NCBI RefSeq assembly: GCF_964194025.1
Contig: NC_134474.1
Coordinates: forward strand, 65,534,001 to 65,598,000
DNA from: Convolutriloba macropyga
Lineage: Eukaryota
DNA length: 64,000 nt
Reading direction: 5' to 3'
The position numbers and the translations under genes are program-made. Below are positions 24,301 through 38,917 of the stretch, one piece after another (within the stretch, counting starts at the first letter, position 1; each line of letters starts with the position of its first letter). Below the pieces are notes generated by a model, which did not search any database, was not told the origin of the DNA, and was given only the letters and a program-made list of their open reading frames with translations.

Positions 24301-27300
24301 AAAAGAAAGTGTGGGTGAAACAATTTCCCCTCGGTTTGTTCACTGTGCCGTAACAACTGTAGCATATTTGAAGCTAGATGATTTTGTCAAACGCATTAAT
24401 CTGCTCTGAAGTAACTGCAATAGCTTTGTTTTTTTCAAGAATTTCGATTTTAATTGAAAAATTGTTTTGCTGCTTCCAATTACTTGTGGAGCGCCATATT
24501 AACGAAATTTGATTAAAATGAAGAAGTAAAATTAACCTGTAATAGTGATACACACACAAAAGATATCACAGAGGCTGAAAAGCGGTAAACATGCGAAATG
24601 AATATTGTTTTTGCAAAACAAAAGAGTAGCACTGTGCCTCGGTTTGTTCACTGTGCCGTAACAACTGTAGCATATTTGAAGCTAGATGATTTTGTCAAAC
24701 GCATTAATCTGCGCTGAAGTAACTGCAGTAGCTTTGTTTGTTTCAAGAATTTCGGTTTTAATTGAAAAATTGTTTTGCTGCTTCCAATTACTTGTGGAGC
24801 GCCATTTTAACGAAATTTGATTAAAATGAAGAAGTAAAATTAACCTGTAATAGTGATACACACACAAAAGATATCACAGAGGCTGAAAAGCGGTAAACAT
24901 GCGAAATGAATATTGTTTTTGCAAAACAAAAGAGTAGCAGCTCAAGTCCTGGACTACAACCATACCTATGAAGATTTCCTCACTACCAGTTATGTAAGAT
25001 GTATCCATAATAATACTCCGCCAATAAAACATCCAAAAATCTATTGATGTGCTCACGTAAAAACTTCGCTGATTTATTCACCCAAACAAAGTGCCTCGTA
25101 GTCAAAAATGGGGTTAGATTCTCTTTTACTGATTCGCGCAGATGCAGTTAGAAAATGTTTGTGATAATGTTTTGAGTAATTCAGACAGAAGAAATGAAAA
25201 CAGCAAAAGCAGTTAACAAAACACCGCACATAAACAAAAATCATAGCAAAACTTTTAGAAATTCTCTCATTTTTGGCACCCTAAAGCTACTCATTTCTTG
25301 ATAACAGTACTGATATGACGTGGTTGAAATCATGCAGTGAATGTTACTTCTATTTGAAATAAAAAATAGTGAAACCTCATGAGCAAAAAACGACGCTCTA
25401 ATAACTCAAAATTGTCTAACAAATCAAAACGAGTCAAATTTCTATTGCAAAATTAGGATCTTTGTAATGGTTAACTAACTAGATAAAGTTCCTCATGGAA
25501 AACCAAATTTGCGCTTTTTCACTGATTGAACAAGAACTAATTTTGATGAAAAACAAATTTAGTACTCAAAATTTATAGCGTGAAAATTTCTCAAAACTGT
25601 TATCTGGATTTTTTAATACCTCAGTGCCGCAGACGTAACTGTTTGACACGCTACCAGTAGTTTGGTTGCTGCCACTCAAAATCGCCTCCAGACTAAGCTA
25701 TATCTTAAACGCCTTGAGGTTTTTTTTATGATACTACTACCACTTTTGTAACTCTCCGGACAATGTATCAACCTCGCATTATTGGCCTTAACAAAAAGCC
25801 AGGCCGACTGAATTTTGCTAGCCCTAAAAATAAACCAGAATGGGAGCAATAAACCAAGTATAATTCGGTGGTTTTTTCTATTATTGTGTCGTTTAATGTA
25901 TAAAAAAGGATGTTATACGTGAAAGTGCATTTGAAATATTAAGTGGAATAGTAAATGTCATGACATGAAATGAGGACAAAAACAGCAAGATCAATTGATT
26001 TTTGAAAATGATTATTGTCAATTTTTTAACAACTAGCTACATTTAAATTTGGCGCAACAGAACAAATTGTCAATAAAAGTAAAAAGGTCAAAATAATTTG
26101 TTTGTTTCAATCTTGAAAAAGTTGCAAATATGACACCATTTATTAGTTTTTTTTCAAAATTTTAGTAAAAGTTGGTATCAAAGTTATGAACAGTTGTAGG
26201 CTGGAAAAAGTTTATGTTAAGTAAAGTGGCCATACTTAGAGTGAAACCTGAATTGAATCTGAATGTTCCTGGCATTATTTGTTTTCCAGAGACAGTATTT
26301 TTTTCTTGAATAGATTATAAATTGGCTGCAGGAGGGTCGTCAATTTTAATAGAATCCCTATTTTTACTCTCTTGTTAATCAAAATGCTTTATTTTGATAA
26401 TCAGGAAACAAAAATTGCAAAAGAAAGTGTGGGTGAAACAATTTCCCCTAGGTTTGTTCACTGTGCCGTAACAACTGTAGCATATTTGAAGCTAGATGAT
26501 TTTGTCGAAGCATTAATCTGCGCTGAAGTAACTGCAGTAGCTTTGTTTGTTTCAAGAATCTCGATTTTAATTGAAAAAATTGTTTTGCTGCTTGCCAATT
26601 GTTTGTGGAGCGCTATCTTAACGGCATTTGATTAAAATGAAGAAATAAAATTAACCTGTAATAGTGATACACACACAAAAGATATCACATAAAAGAGGCT
26701 GAAAAGCGGTAAAAGTACGTTATGCGAATTGAATATTGTTTTCGCAAAACGAAAGAGTAGCAGCTCAAGTCCTGGACTACAACCATACCTATGAAGATTT
26801 CCTCACTACCAGTTATGTAAGATGTATCCATAATAATACTCCGCCAATAAAACATCCAAAAATCTATTGATGTGCTCACGTAAAAACTTCGCCAATTTAT
26901 TAACCCAAACAAAGTGCCTCGTAGTCAAAAATGTTGTTAGATTCTCATTTACTGATTCGCGCAGATGCAGTTAGAAAATGTTTGTGATAAAGTTTTGAGT
27001 AATTCAGACAGTAGAAATGAAAACAGCAAAAGCAGTTAACAAAACACCGCACGTAAACAAAAATCATAGCAAAACTTTTAGAATTTTCTCTCACTTTTGG
27101 CACCCTAAAGCTACTCATTTCTTGATAACAGTACTGATATGACGTGGTTGACTCTATTTGAAATAAAAAATAGTGAAACCTCATGAGCAAAAAACGACGC
27201 TCTAATAACTCAAAATTCTAACAAATCCAAACCAGTCAAAATTCTATCGCAAAATTAGGATCTTTATTATGGTTAACTAACTAGATAAAGTTGCTCATGG

Positions 27301-30300
27301 AAAACCATATTTGTGCTTTATCACTGATTGAACAAGAACTAATTTTGATGAAAAACAAATTCAGTACTCAAAATTTATAGCTTGAAAATTTCTCAAAACT
27401 GTTTTTTATCTGGATTTTTGAATCCCAGTGATGCAGACGTATTTGTTTGACGCGCTGCCAGTATTCTGGTTGCTGACACTCAATGTCGCCTCCAGACTAA
27501 GCTATATCTAAAACACCGAGTTTGATGTTTTATAAGGTATTTTGATATTTTTCGTGTTTTTCAATTCGTGAACAATTAACTAAGTATGATATATCTCAAA
27601 TGAATTCATGTTTTTCTACATTCCCAGAAATTCGAACAAGGAAGAAAAATTATGATCAAATAAAAAAAGTTATCAAATTGGCAGAAAATCGGCCGAATGT
27701 TCTGCTAAATATTTTTACCTCCTAACAACTGTAGCATATTTGAAGCTAGATGATTTTGTCAAACGCATTAATCTGCTCTGAAGTAACTGCAATAGCTTTG
27801 TTTGTTTCAAGAATTTCGATTTTAATTGAAAAATTGTTTTGCTGCTTCCAATTACTTGTGGAGCGCCATATTAACGAAATTTGATTAAAATGAAGAAGTA
27901 AAATTAACCTGTAATAGTGATACACACACAAAAGATATCACAGAGGCTGAAAAGCGGTAAACATGCGAAATGAATATTGTTTTTGCAAAACAAAAGAGTA
28001 GCACTGTGCCTCGGTTTGTTCACTGTGCCGTAACAACTGTAGCATATTTGAAGCTAGATGATTTTGTCAAACGCATTAATCTGCGCTGAAGTAACTGCAG
28101 TAGCTTTGTTTGTTTCAAGAATTTCGGTTTTAATTGAAAAATTGTTTTGCTGCTTCCAATTACTTGTGGAGCGCCATTTTAACGAAATTTGATTAAAATG
28201 AAGAAGTAAAATTAACCTGTAATAGTGATACACACACAAAAGATATCACAGAGGCTGAAAAGCGGTAAACATGCGAAATGAATATTGTTTTTGCAAAACA
28301 AAAGAGTAGCAGCTCAAGTCCTGGACTACAACCATACCTATGAAGATTTCCTCACTACCAGTTATGTAAGATGTATCCATAATAATACTCCGCCAATAAA
28401 ACATCCAAAAATCTATTGATGTGATCACGTAAAAACTTCGCCAATTTATTAACCCAAACAAAGTGCCTCGTAGTCAAAAATGTTGTTAGATTCTCATTTA
28501 CTGATTCGCGCAGATGCAGTTAGAAAATGTTTGTGATAATGTTTTGAGTAATTCAGACAGAAGAAATGAAAACAGCAAAAGCAGTTAACAAAACACCGCA
28601 CATAAACAAAAATCATAGCAAAACTTTTAGAAATTCTCTCATTTTTGGCACCCTAAAGCTACTCATTTCTTGATAACAGTACTGATATGACGTGGTTGAA
28701 ATCATGCAGTGAATGTTACTTCTATTTGAAATAAAAAATAGTGAAACCTCATGAGCAAAAAACGACGCTCTAATAACTCAAAATTGTCTAACAAATCAAA
28801 ACGAGTCAAATTTCTATTGCAAAATTAGGATCTTTGTAATGGTTAACTAACTAGATAAAGTTCCTCATGGAAAACCAAATTTGCGCTTTTTCACTGATTG
28901 AACAAGAACTAATTTTGATGAAAAACAAATTTAGTACTCAAAATTTATAGCGTGAAAATTTCTCAAAACTGTTATCTGGATTTTTTAATACCTCAGTGCC
29001 GCAGACGTAACTGTTTGACACGCTACCAGTAGTTTGGTTGCTGCCACTCAAAATCGCCTCCAGACTAAGCTATATCTTAAACGCCTTGAGGTTTTTTTTA
29101 TGATACTACTACCACTTTTGTAACTCTCCGGACAATGTATCAACCTCGCATTATTGGCCTTAACAAAAAGCCAGGCCGACTGAATTTTGCTAGCCCTAAA
29201 AATAAACCAGAATGGGAGCAATAAACCAAGTATAATTCGGTGTTTTTTTCTATTATTGTGTCGTTTAATGTATAAAAAAGGATGTTATACGTGAAAGTGC
29301 ATTTGAAATATTAAGTGGAATAGTAAATGTCATGACATGAAATGAGGACAAAAACAGCAAGATCAATTGATTTTTGAAAATGATTATTGTCAATTTTTTA
29401 ACAACTAGCTACATTTAAATTTGGCGCAGGAGAACAAATTGTCAATAAAAGTAAAAAGGTCAAAATAATTTGTTTGTTTCAATCTTGAAAAAGTTGCAAA
29501 TATGACACCATTTATTAGTTTTTTTTCAAAATTTTAGTAAAAGTTGGTATCAAAGTTATGAACGGTTGTAGGCTGGAAAAAGTTTATGTTAAGTAAAGTG
29601 GCCATACTTAGAGTGAAACCTGAATTGAATCTGAATGTTCCTGGCATTATTTGTTTTCCAGAGACAGTATTTTTTTCTTGAATAGATTATAAATTGGCTG
29701 CAGAAGGGTCGTCAATTTTAATAGACTCCCTATTTTTACTCTCTTGTTAATCAAAATGCTTTATTTTGATAATCAGGAAACAAAAATTGCAAAAGAAAGT
29801 GTGGGTGAAACAATTTCCCCTCGGTTTCTCACTGTGCCGTAACAACTGTAGCATATTTGAAGCTAGATGATTTTGTCAAACGCATTAATCTGCGCTGAAG
29901 TAACTGCAGTAGCTTTGTTTGTTTCAAGAATTTCGGTTTTAATTGAAAAATTGTTTTGCTGCTTCCAATTACTTGTGGAGCGCCATTTTAACGAAATTTG
30001 ATTAAAATGAAGAAGTAAAATTAACCTGTAATAGTGATACACACACAAAAGATATCACAGAGGCTGAAAAGCGGTAAACATGCGAAATGAATATTGTTTT
30101 TGCAAAACAAAAGAGTAGCAGCTCAAGTCCTGGACTACAACCATACCTATGAAGATTTCCTCACTACCAGTTATGTAAGATGTATCCATAATAATACTCC
30201 GCCAATAAAACATCCAAAAATCTATTGATGTGATCACGTAAAAACTTCGCCAATTTATTAACCCAAACAAAGTGCCTCGTAGTCAAAAATGTTGTTAGAT

Positions 30301-32906
30301 TCTCATTTACTGATTCGCGCAGATGCAGTTAGAAAATGTTTGTGATAATGTTTTGAGTAATTCAGACAGAAGAAATGAAAACAGCAAAAGCAGTTAACAA
30401 AACACCGCACATAAACAAAAATCATAGCAAAACTTTTAGAAATTCTCTCATTTTTGGCACCCTAAAGCTACTCATTTCTTGATAACAGTACTGATATGAC
30501 GTGGTTGAAATCATGCAGTGAATGTTACTTCTATTTGAAATAAAAAATAGTGAAACCTCATGAGCAAAAAACGACGCTCTAATAACTCAAAATTGTCTAA
30601 CAAATCAAAACGAGTCAAATTTCTATTGCAAAATTAGGATCTTTGTAATGGTTAACTAACTAGATAAAGTTCCTCATGGAAAACCAAATTTGCGCTTTTT
30701 CACTGATTGAACAAGAACTAATTTTGATGAAAAACAAATTTAGTACTCAAAATTTATAGCGTGAAAATTTCTCAAAACTGTTATCTGGATTTTTTAATAC
30801 CTCAGTGCCGCAGACGTAACTGTTTGACACGCTACCAGTAGTTTGGTTGCTGCCACTCAAAATCGCCTCCAGACTAAGCTATATCTTAGACGCCTTGAGG
30901 TTTTTTTTATGATACTACTACCACTTTTGTAACTCTCCGGACAATGTATCAACCTCGCATTATTGGCCTTAACAAAAAGCCAGGCCGACTGAATTTTGCT
31001 AGCCCTAAAAATAAACCAGAATGGGAGCAATAAACCAAGTATAATTCGGTGTTTTTTTCTATTATTGTGTCGTTTAATGTATAAAAAAGGATGTTATACG
31101 TGAAAGTGCATTTGAAATATTAAGTGGAATAGTAAATGTCATGACATGAAATGAGGACAAAAACAGCAAGATCAATTGATTTTTGAAAATGATTATTGTC
31201 AATTTTTTAACAACTAGCTACATTTAAATTTGGCGCAAGAGAACAAATTGTCAATAAAAGTAAAAAGGTCAAAATAATTTGTTTGTTTCAATCTTGAAAA
31301 AGTTGCAAATATGACACCATTTATTAGTTTTTTTTCAAAATTTTAGTAAAAGTTGGTATCAAAGTTATGAACGGTTGTAGGCTGGAAAAAGTTTATGTTA
31401 AGTAAAGTGGCCATACTTAGAGTGAAACCTGAATTGAATCTGAATGTTCCTGGCATTATTTGTTTTCCAGAGACAGTATTTTTTTCTTGAATAGATTATA
31501 AATTGGCTGCAGGAGGGTCGTCAATTTTAATAGAATCCCTATTTTTACTCTCTTGTTAATCAAAATGCTTTATTTTGATAATCAGGAAACAAAAATTGCA
31601 AAAGAAAGTGTGGGTGAAACAATTTCCCCTAGGTTTGTTCACTGTGCCGTAACAACTGTAGCATATTTGAAGCTAGATGATTTTGTCGAAGCATTAATCT
31701 GCGCTGAAGTAACTGCAGTAGCTTTGTTTGTTTCAAGAATTTCGATTTTAATTGAAAAAATTGTTTTGCTGCTTGCCAATTGTTTGTGGAGCGCTATCTT
31801 AACGGCATTTGATTAAAATGAAGAAATAAAATTAACCTGTAATAGTGATACACACACAAAAGATATCACATAAAAGAGGCTGAAAAGCGGTAAAAGTACG
31901 TTATGCGAATTGAATATTGTTTTCGCAAAACGAAAGAGTAGCAGCTCAAGTCCTGGACTACAACCATACCTATGAAGATTTCCTCACTACCAGTTATGTA
32001 AGATGTATCCATAATAATAATACTCCGCCAATAAAACGTCCAAAAATCTATTGATGTGCTCACGTAAAAACTTCGCCAATTTATTAACCCAAACAAAGTG
32101 CCTCGTAGTCAAAAATGTTGTTAGATTCTCATTTACTGATTCGCGCAGATGCAGTTAGAAAATGTTTGTGATAAAGTTTTGAGTAATTCAGACAGTAGAA
32201 ATGAAAACAGCAAAAGCAGTTAACAAAACACCGCACGTAAACAAAAATCATAGCAAAACTTTTAGAATTTTCTCTCACTTTTGGCACCCTAAAGCTACTC
32301 ATTTCTTGATAACAGTACTGATATGACGTGGTTGACTCTATTTGAAATAAAAAATAGTGAAACCTCATGAGCAAAAAACGACGCTCTAATAACTCAAAAT
32401 TCTAACAAATCCAAACCAGTCAAAATTCTATCGCAAAATTAGGATCTTTATTATGGTTAACTAACTAGATAAAGGTGCTCATGGAAAACCATATTTGTGC
32501 TTTATCACTGATTGAACAAGAACTAATTTTGATGAAAAACAAATTCAGTACTCAAAATTTATAGCTTGAAAATTTCTCAAAACTGTTTTTTATCTGGATT
32601 TTTGAATCCCAGTGATGCAGACGTATTTGTTTGACGCGCTGCCAGTATTCTGGTTGCTGACACTCAATGTCGCCTCCAGACTAAGCTATATCTAAAACAC
32701 CGAGTTTGATGTTTTATAAGGTATTTTGATATTTTTCGTGTTTTTCAATTCGTGAACAATTAACTAAGTATGATATATCTCAAATGAATTCATGTTTTTC
32801 TACATTCCCAGAAATTCGAACAAGGAAGAAAAATTATGATCAAATAAAAAAAGTTATCAAATTGGCAGAAAATCGGCCGAATGTTCTGCTAAATATTTTT
32901 ACCTCC
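18357..32906. repeat. Macrosatellite of ~1.81-1.84 kb units (about 8 unit-equivalents) with higher-order duplication
   Basis: Marker GGAATAGTAAATGTCATGACATGAAATGAGGAC begins units at ~18357, 20171, 22007, 23816, 25933, 29305 and 31114. Internal ~308-bp duplications lie at ~24350-24940 and ~27720-28310. Repeated ORFs share the same spacing. Confidence 0.95.
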
Positions 32907-34939
32907 ATACCCTATTTTAACTACATTTGTTAGTCAGAAATGCCCGCAAGAAAGTCGACAAGTGCCTTAACAAGAAAAAGCGGGGCTGGTATAATTTAAA
33001 TGAGGGACAATAAGTTTTAAATTGTTTAAATTTTTTGTATTTGAAGTAAGCCTTGGGTATCCCGGAAAGTGAAAAAATCCCAGTTAATGAAGACACAGCC
33101 ATAATTTCTTCAGCAAATCCTTCACTTCTAGTCCATTAACGATACGTTAACACTTAGATTTTTTGTAGGAACACTTAAGTGAGATATAAAAATTAAGCTT
33201 CTATTCGAACTTTATAATTGAATATTTCATAAGTGGCAAGCGGAAATTTTTCTCTTTAAAATTGAAAAAAAAAATAAATTTTTGAGGTTAAAAATCTTGA
33301 GGTTCAAATTGATGATACTACTACCACTTTCGTAACTCTCCGGACAATGTATCAACCTCGCATTATTGGCCTTACCAAAAAGCCAGGCCGACTTAATATT
33401 GATAGCCCTAAAATAAATCAGAATGGGAGCAATTACCAAAGAATAATTGAGGGGGTTTTTTCTATTAGTATGTCGTTTAATGCATTAAAAAGGATGTTAC
33501 GTGAAAGTTGGTTGCACTAGAGATATTGTTCTTTTTAATGTTTTCATTTTCAGCTATTGTGTTGCAAATAGTAAAATCTTCGATTGCTTTATTTTTATTT
33601 TTTTAAAGCAGGTCTAGGAAATCTCATTTGGCTTATCTTTTTGATGTTTTGATTTTATTAAAATGAGACAAATTTTTGACTCGAAGAAGAATAAAACGTA
33701 TGGGCATGTGATCATTGTTGTTTCAAATAGAGCGAGTCACAACAAATCTAGACTGATGAAGAAGTAAGTTACTCAAGCACCAAATCAAAGGATTATTAAC
33801 AAAATAGCAAACATGTAGTAAGTGAGTCTTTATTAAGTTTCAATGATATTTTAACGTGCTTCACTTTTTAAGTCTGAATTAATACAGTAACAAGATCATT
33901 CATGACAATGTTTTAATCAGACGTCAATAGATGGCCTATGTAGATTATTATTGTGTTCTTTTCGGTTATAAGCATAAAATGATGCTACACGCTTTTTTTG
34001 TTTTTTGTACTACGAACTCTCGTAAACATCATTTATTTTGTTTTAGATTGTCAGAAATGTTGCTTTTGCTTTCTTAATTCTGTATAAAAAATGAGGAATA
34101 AATTTCGCCGGACATGAAGAAATTAAATGTATATATGAGAATGTCACAATTAAAAAAATTATTGAGAATAAGGTGAGTCAAATTTCAAATGTTCAATTTT
34201 TCAACTAATAATTTTCAACTGTAACATTTTTCGAGTTCTGGCTCGGTCTCGAAGATGGCGATTCACAGAAAATGTTGAGATGTAAATTCAGGGTCAAAAT
34301 TAATTCTTATCCTTGAGACTTTTCGCGAATCCGAACTAATAGGTTTTTTTTCAATTTAAAAAGTTTGAAAACCATAGATTGTAGATATCAATGCAGCTTC
34401 TAGTGTTCTCTGTGTGAGTTTTCCGACGCCTTGCAGTCTCAAAGAAAGTATTCTGTTGCGTCTGTTCATTGGATCAATGGAATTCGTGATATCCGATTTT
34501 TATACGTTTACCCTGTTTTACTTAATGAAAAATTGATTTTATTAAAGGAAATAATGAAAATTATTAACTTGAGAGTAATTGCGTTCAGAGCTATGGATAT
34601 CAAAAGCCTAGAAAGCAAGAAGTAATCTTTTAACATTTTACTTAGTGTTTATTAACTTCTTACCAATTTCTTCTTGTTGGCTATCAAGTTTCTTGATTTT
34701 TCGTTTTTTCGGCACTCAAACATGAGATTTTTTTCATAAGTCTTCTATTTGCCGTGGGTTTTTGGAGCTAATTTCACCCGAGGTAGCAATACTAGATTAC
34801 TGCTGTGAGTTGTCTCCATAGGTTCAGGAGTAACTTGCTGCTTAAATTAAACAAAAATTGGAGTGAACAGATTTCGTGATAAAAAATATGTTGGAATAGA
34901 ATGTTGAAAGATTTGGGGACGTATGTTTAATCATTGGTT

Positions 34940-36890
34940 AATAGCCGCACAGCGATAGCTTAGGCTATTCTTGGCCTTCTCTTAGATTTTTTTACGACTG
35001 GAAGAGGAGTATTGGTTTTCTAAGGTTTTTTTTACCGGAAGTAATATTCGTTCAGTCGGCGTTTTGCGAAAGTGAGTAAAATTGCCGTGTGAACTAATTT
35101 TTTCTGAGCGAGAAAAGTTTTTTTGATCGTGCGATGCGTCCAGTCAATGACTTTTTGACTTTGAAAAGTGGTTTTGACAGAATGGCCCGTATAGATAACG
35201 GGATAACGGTTTTTAGCCGTTTTTTCGTCTAATTGGTCGTTTTTTGGCTTGTAATGTTTTTTTTGTTTTTTATTTGACGTCATTTTGAAATTTAGCCCTC
35301 GGAAATTGATACCACAGTGATTTGCAGAGCCTAATAATGAGTTTCAAGTTCAAAATTAGCGCATATTTCTGTATTTTTCCTTCCTTTTTGTACCTTTCAG
35401 CCGTCTTTTTTTTTATCAAAAATCATTTTTATCAAAAAATTGTGAACATTCTAATCCAATTAAGTTAACTTAATTAATCCGTTAAGTTTTTTAAAATACA
35501 GTCAAAAGTTTTTTATAAATGCAGTTTTGAAAATTTTTTGACCTTTTTTGCAAAGTATTTTGTTTACAATTTTTGAATTTTGAAGTTTTTATCTTTACAG
35601 GAATGATGGCTCTTGGTTTATTCTCAGTCTAGAATGCTAAATTTTGAAATGTATGTTGTTTTCCTTTGAATTTGATTTTTAACTTTCAAGAATCTAGTCA
35701 GTAGTCCTTTTGTTTGTCCTTTTACTTTGTGCCCATATTCTGTACGTTTTACCATTCACCTAGGACCTATAAATTTTTTCGTTTTGCTTTTTTCAGTTAA
35801 AAACTTTCAACGATTTTAGATTTTTCTTAGGATTTTTAAAGTTCTTGATATTGAGATGATCTTGATTTGAAAATTCAATGAAGAGGTTTTGTGAGTCTTT
35901 TTATTCTTTTTCTGTTGAATAATTTAATTGAGTTTCTTAGATCTTTATCTGCCTCATGTTTTCAATTTTTTTTTTAGTATTAAAGTTGATTGTGGAGTTC
36001 TGTTTTTTCAAGACCAGCATCATGAGTTATTTCTTGCCAATTTATAGTGCTGCCTATCAGTGTTTTGACCATCCTTAACAATATTGGATATTTTGAATGT
36101 TACCAAATGTTTTTAACATAACGAAATTTTGCTGCATTTTTCTCTTTGTGAATTTGGTATAAATTTCAGCAATCTTTTTTGAATCAAACCAGGCGAGGTA
36201 AAGAGTTGAAAGTTAAATGCAACCTGTTATGGTTTTAGCTGCAATTACGTTTTTTGAAGCCTTGAGCTTGAGTCGCTACCGGAATTCTTCCGGCTATGTT
36301 TTTATGTCGTCGAGATTTTTGCCACGACCACATGACGTCACTTCAAATCTTCTTTTTGTTCACTCGTTCATCCGATTTCAACTGATTTGCGTGCGTGACG
36401 TCATTTTTAAATGTTAGTGGAGCGAGATTTTTTGTTCATTTGCGTGATTAAATTTTTGGTCACACGTGACTTACTCACTCTCAAAAATGACTTCATGACC
36501 CTGGAATTGACTTTTCGGGTCTTTCCCATTATAGCCCCCCCCCCAGCTTAGTGGCCAGATAACCTATAGCCCCCCCCTCCAATAATTGTAAATATAACAT
36601 AATGGGGGGCTTATTTTCGTGGGGGGGGCTATAATGGGAAAGACCCGACTTTTCTTTGCCTTAATTCAAAAAGATAAGGTCAAGTGAGTATGCGTCACTA
36701 TAATTGTAGGTTATTTGAGAGGAGCTAAAATAGAAGCACCAATAAGTTAAACAGATTCTTTATCAAAATATAACATATCACCATTTAATAAAAAGAGGGT
36801 CCTTTTCTGGTCTGTTTCGTTTAGTATCTTTTTGAGACTGCAGATCTACAAGGCTGTTGCGGCTATTTTCTGGCAATCTGCTAGCTATCT
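34940..36890 (+). mobile_element. Non-autonomous Helentron/DINE-like element (family A), composite, ~1.95 kb
   Basis: 5' AATAGCCGCA...GGCTATT; 3' TGCGGCTATT (36858-36867), hairpin CTGGCAATCTGCTAG and a T-run. The last ~600 bp is homologous to 56705-57157. Confidence 0.75.
36517..36646. mobile_element. 130-bp MITE with 8-bp TSD (Merlin-like)
   Basis: TIR GGGTCTTTCCCATTATAGCCCCCCC; TSD GACTTTTC on both sides. The homologous empty site is at ~56915. Confidence 0.85.
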
Positions 36891-37259
36891 TTTTTTTGGT
36901 CTTGTATCCTCACGATATTACGTTGTTTTTTATCAGAGATGTAACGCTATCTGAAAGTTTTGTGTGAAACTTCTGTCTTCTGTAATCTTTAAATGTTTTA
37001 CGTATACAGCATATAGAGGCGCAACATACTTCTTCTTTTGTTCGTAAATGACGTAAGATAAGAATGCACGCAACTTTTTTGAAACGTTCGTTTCCAACGT
37101 AAGGTGTCCAACGTGGGGATGATTTCTATCAGGGTATCATCGGGGGAGAGGTGGGATGGGGGTCAACGGCAGAACAGTAGCGTGTGGCTACAGCTTTGTT
37201 CATTTTTTGCCTGTGATCTTCAATATATCCGTGTTCCTTATACGAGTTTCAGTAAATAA

Positions 37260-37434
37260 GGATCTTTTCCGTTTGTGCCCCCCCCCCCCCAGTACGTTAT
37301 GCGCCCCCCAGTTACAGAGCACTTGTCATTACATTGTAAATCATTGTAAAGTCATGGCGCGTGCATCTGGGGGTGCAAATAATATGCACGCACTAAGCTG
37401 GGGGGGGGGGGGGGGGCAGAAACGGAAAAGATCC
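37260..37434. mobile_element. 175-bp MITE with 8-bp TSD (Merlin-like, second family)
   Basis: TIR GGATCTTTTCCGTTT-TGCCCCCCC; TSD GTAAATAA on both sides. Confidence 0.85.
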
Positions 37435-38586
37435 GTAAATAATTATTACAAAGCCGGCTGTAACCACAGATGTACGAAGGTCATTTTACTATCAGTTTTT
37501 TTATGTTTGATCGATCCTCCCTGTCTATGCAGTAGGGAAAATGTTGAAGCCTGTATTTATTTGGAGTCAAGTGGTGTTTATTGGCACCTTGAAATCCAGT
37601 TTGAAATGTCGAGTTCTTGAGGAGTGACTTTTAGCAAGTGTTTGATTAGCTGGATTGAGTTGTGTGTGACTTCCGTTTTTATCGGTTCACCACTTATGTT
37701 TGTTTTCTAACAGGGGTCATTTCATGATTAGATCATATCAATTAAAAAGGCGAACAGTTACAGTAAAAACAATTTTCAAAGCTCTGAAGCCCCTTTATCG
37801 GTTACTGTAAAAAAATATTTCCAGCTATTTACCCCCCCCCCCTTCTGCTGCCTATCACCCTTCACTAGGGATTTATGGGCTGTGGGTAGGCTTTATAGGT
37901 GAACAACCAATAGTTATGGAGATAAATGATCATTGTAGAGTAGGAAAAAATTTAATGAGATTTAATGATGTGTAATGTGACCATTTTCAGATCTAATAAT
38001 GATTAATGACACTTTATACACGTAGTCTAGTTATAGTTAGTTTAGTTAGTCCAGTGGTGGGTTGGTTAGGCATTAGTAGTGGTTAGTAATAGGAGGAAAG
38101 GCGGAGTACCCGTTAGTGGTAATAATAGCCAAGTATTACTTGTAGATAGAGATACTAGTAATATTATATTTATCGAGGCTGGTCAGCTTTATTAACGAAC
38201 CTAACCTCCTGTGGATATTCTGTTACGTTTTGATTTAGATATCACTGTTTATTTCACCTCTTCTCTGTTAATCAATGCCTACTACTGTTACTTTCACCCG
38301 ATTTTTGGGCTTATTATAATTACTTCTTCCGACCATTATTCGTCTTCTGACGTTACCACCACCACCACCAGTGCTTCTTAACTATTACTCACAGTGCCTC
38401 CGGTATTCTTCGTCTTCTTATTGTTTTGCCTAACCGAACTTAGAGATATCAACAATTGCAATTTGGGCAACACCTCTCTGGGTTTTACCAACCGCCTTTT
38501 CTCAGCAATATTTGTCAAATATTTGGATTAGATTACTTGAATTACTGGCTTGAAGAACTTAATTCATACCAAAGTCTGGACACCCA

Positions 38587-38917
38587 ATGGCTTTGGTTAA
38601 CTGCTTACTATTTGGGTCTGGATCGCCCAGAGGGTCCAAAGGTACACGACTAATATGTCGCCGGATTCCCCCGTACTGTCATATAGTTCTAATCACATCA
38701 TTATTCTGGCTGTTCATCGATGCTCTGGTGCTATTCTACATAAATTCTACAAATAATCCCGAGTTGGTGGCAGACACTAATAATAATAAACAAGCGATTC
38801 CCGAATTGGGTGCTCCTGCGGTGGTACAGTTGGCTAAGAAGTCTGTTAGTGAAAAGGGAGATGGAGAGGGTGGGAACCAGGTGGTGCCCGTGCCCAACCC
38901 GAAATTCGGTACAATCA
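38587..38917 (+). CDS. GALNT: GALNT coding exon 1 (cytoplasmic tail, TM, stem)
   Basis: ATG at 38587, hydrophobic TM segment, donor GTAAGT at 38918 (phase 1). Confidence 0.82.

Noticed and set aside
20726-32374. Recurrent 60-90 aa ORFs as a tandem small-protein gene family (likewise in 1-3.1 kb and 51-56 kb)
   Set aside because: They recur only because the DNA repeats. Many have non-ATG starts, and homopolymer indels shift their frames freely between copies.
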